Assembly: GCF_001194135.2 (NCBI RefSeq)
Contig: NC_068992.1
Location: forward strand, 68,408,778 to 68,459,960
From: Octopus bimaculoides
Lineage: Eukaryota
Direction: 5' to 3'
DNA: 51,183 bases
The notes beneath the pieces were generated by a model. That model was not told the origin of the DNA and did no database searches. It saw only the letters and a program-made list of their open reading frames with translations. This document shows positions 48,960 to 51,183 of the stretch, piece after piece; position 1 is the stretch's first letter; every line of letters starts with the position of its first letter. The position numbers and the translations under genes are program-made.

Positions 48960-50975
48960 GTGAAAGTGTAAACAAGAACAGGACAGTGAGAACAAGACAG
49001 TAAAAACAAGACAGGACAGTGAAAACAAACGGCAAGGGCTGTTAGGCCAAGACGATAGAAAAATTATTATTTTGAACGCGATGTTGGATGTGAATGAGAG
49101 ACAAAAAAATTCACGTCTTCTGTATAGGAAGGCAGGAAGTAGAAAGAAAGAATCCCTTTCGTCACGTGTCAGCGACGAGAGGGTCAAGGAGAAGGAGTGA
49201 GAGAGAGGGAACGGTGCCAAACTGTGCCAAACTGTGCCAAACTGTGCCAAACTTCTGTGTCACTAAGGATGTGCTTGAACCCAGAATGCAACCACCACCA
49301 TCTGAAGGGCACAAAACGTTCGAAAAATAAATATAAACAGCAACAGAGGAGTCCTACGACAACAACAAAAACAAAACACAACCACATTTCACCTCGTACA
49401 ATCAAACAACGGAGACAAAACTATGGGAAAACCATAACACCAAATAACATAAACATGAACCATGTACCCTCTGACCAAATGGCAAATCAAAGAGGCAACT
49501 CTTTTTCACTAACTTATCTGGAAAATATGAAAGCCGACCTTAGCCAGGAGATACGACGGGCTATCAGCAACCATTTATGCAAAACAAAAGGAACACCCAC
49601 CCACCACCAACTAGAAAATCATACACACATAGCTCCATACAAAAACTACCCTCATTGCTACCTCTGAACAACATAAAATATAACTTAGAACAAAGTAAAC
49701 ATCAAACTACCCTTACCTCGACATTCCTGTTACATGTGCGTGGCATCAACCCATCAATCATTGCCCAAAAATGGAAGATCCCATACATAGAGAGTTGGCT
49801 TGTCGAAGCAGCACATTGCTTCCCTTTCTTTATGCTCACTGAAACTCATCTAAACAGCGCACATATGGATGCCGAAGTAAAAATAAAAGATTTCACCATC
49901 GTCCGCGCAGATCGTACTGACCGAAATAAAGGGGGGACAGCCATCTTTCTCCATGACTCCTTTTCAGTTGATGCCAAGGACGTATTTTACAATGGCTATT
50001 GTGAATCCATATCACTATTCAACAAGGCCAAAGACGTAATCATTGTTGGTCTTTACAGGCCCCACCCCAAGCACCTCTAAAGTGCTTTGAAGAGAGCCTC
50101 AACAAAATCAAGTCCTTCCTTCAAAAACACAAGTCCGGAAACATACTAGTGATGGGTGATTTTAAGTTCCTATCCCAGTCTGTCATCCCGGTTTCCAAAC
50201 AGGGAAACAGATCCCTCGCAGTCAACTATCGCCCAATCTCACTCACCTCCCACATCATTAAAGTGTTTGAAAGGGTGGTAAGATCAAGGATAGCTGACTT
50301 CTTGGAGACTCACAAACCCCTAAATGCAATCCAGCATGGCTTTCGCTTTGGCAGGGACTGTCTAACACCACATTGAAGATATACTTAAAGCCTTGGGAAC
50401 AGGTTCGAACGCTGATGTCATATATCTTGACTTCAGTAAAGCGTCCGACAGGGTTGACCATAATATCTTACTCACAAAATTGGCAAATGATGGAATCCGT
50501 GGAAAACTTCTACACTGGATTAAGTATTTCCTGGAGAATAGAACACAAGAAGTTGTGGTCGATGGAGTCCACTCACGCCCAGCAAAAGTCAGCAATGGTG
50601 TCCCTCAGGAGACTGTCTTGGGTCCACTCCTCTTTATAATTTATATAAATGACCTTTCCAGCGTCGTAAATCACTGCAACCTGAAAATATTTGCTGATGA
50701 CGCTAAGCTCCAGCAAATCATCAAAGAAGAAGAAGACCGAACCCAACTCCAGACTGATCTATATGCTGTGAGTCAATGGGAAGACAAAAACAAAATACAA
50801 CTGAACAAGGGAAAATTTGAGCTAATGCATTTTGGAAGAAAGTCTATAATAAAACAGACATACTCTCTTCCTTCAGGGAAATCGCTCACGGCATCCAATA
50901 ATGTCAGAGATCTGGATGCAATTTATGACAACAATCTCAATTGAAGTGCCCACTTCAACAATAAGGTCTGGATGG
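48960..50975 (+). mobile_element. CR1-clade LINE: 5' region, ORF1 remnant, APE endonuclease and RT, internally deleted and 3' truncated
   Basis: ORF1 C-x4-C-x3-H..GT.R; EN LTETHL...RADR...GGTAIF...GLYRP...MGDF; RT NYRPISLTS, QHGFR, YLDFSKA, GVPQ.TVLGP, FADD. Confidence 0.9.
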
Positions 50976-51000
50976 CTGCGTCCTGCAACTGGTCTCCGTG

Positions 51001-51137
51001 TTGATGGTGGTGGTGGTGTCGATGGTGGTGGTGGTGTTGGTGGTGGTGGTGATGGGTCAACAGCACCAGCACCAGCACCAGCACCACCGCCACCAGCACT
51101 GCTGGTGGTGGTGGTGGTGGTGGTGCTGGTGATAGAC

Positions 51138-51183
<46 letters not shown>
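51001..51183. repeat. (GGT)n/(CCAGCA)n and (TAGA)n simple repeats
   Basis: Direct reading. Confidence 0.9.

Overview
AT-rich, gap- and microsatellite-riddled animal genomic DNA. The SINE/LINE/Penelope repeat spectrum looks like Octopus or another coleoid cephalopod; this is my recognition and was not database-checked. The window is dominated by decayed mobile elements: several R4/Dong-type (RLE) non-LTR fragments beside (TAA)n tracts, two CR1-clade LINE pieces, a gag-like ORF1-only LINE derivative, a degenerate Ty3/Gypsy element, Penelope-like (PLE) pieces, two Tc1/mariner elements, hAT relics, several MITEs and at least seven tRNA-derived SINEs. No intact long ORF and no identifiable host gene is present. 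A chain of short, phase-compatible + strand exon candidates (about 4.5-15.5 kb) may belong to an unidentified gene. The most unusual signals are two type I hammerhead-ribozyme-like motifs. One lies at 355-400 in a PLE pseudo-LTR-like repeat. The other lies inside a 304-bp spacer-less palindrome (18891-19194) bracketed by a 13-bp direct repeat. Most listed ORFs are microsatellite, N-gap or antisense artefacts.
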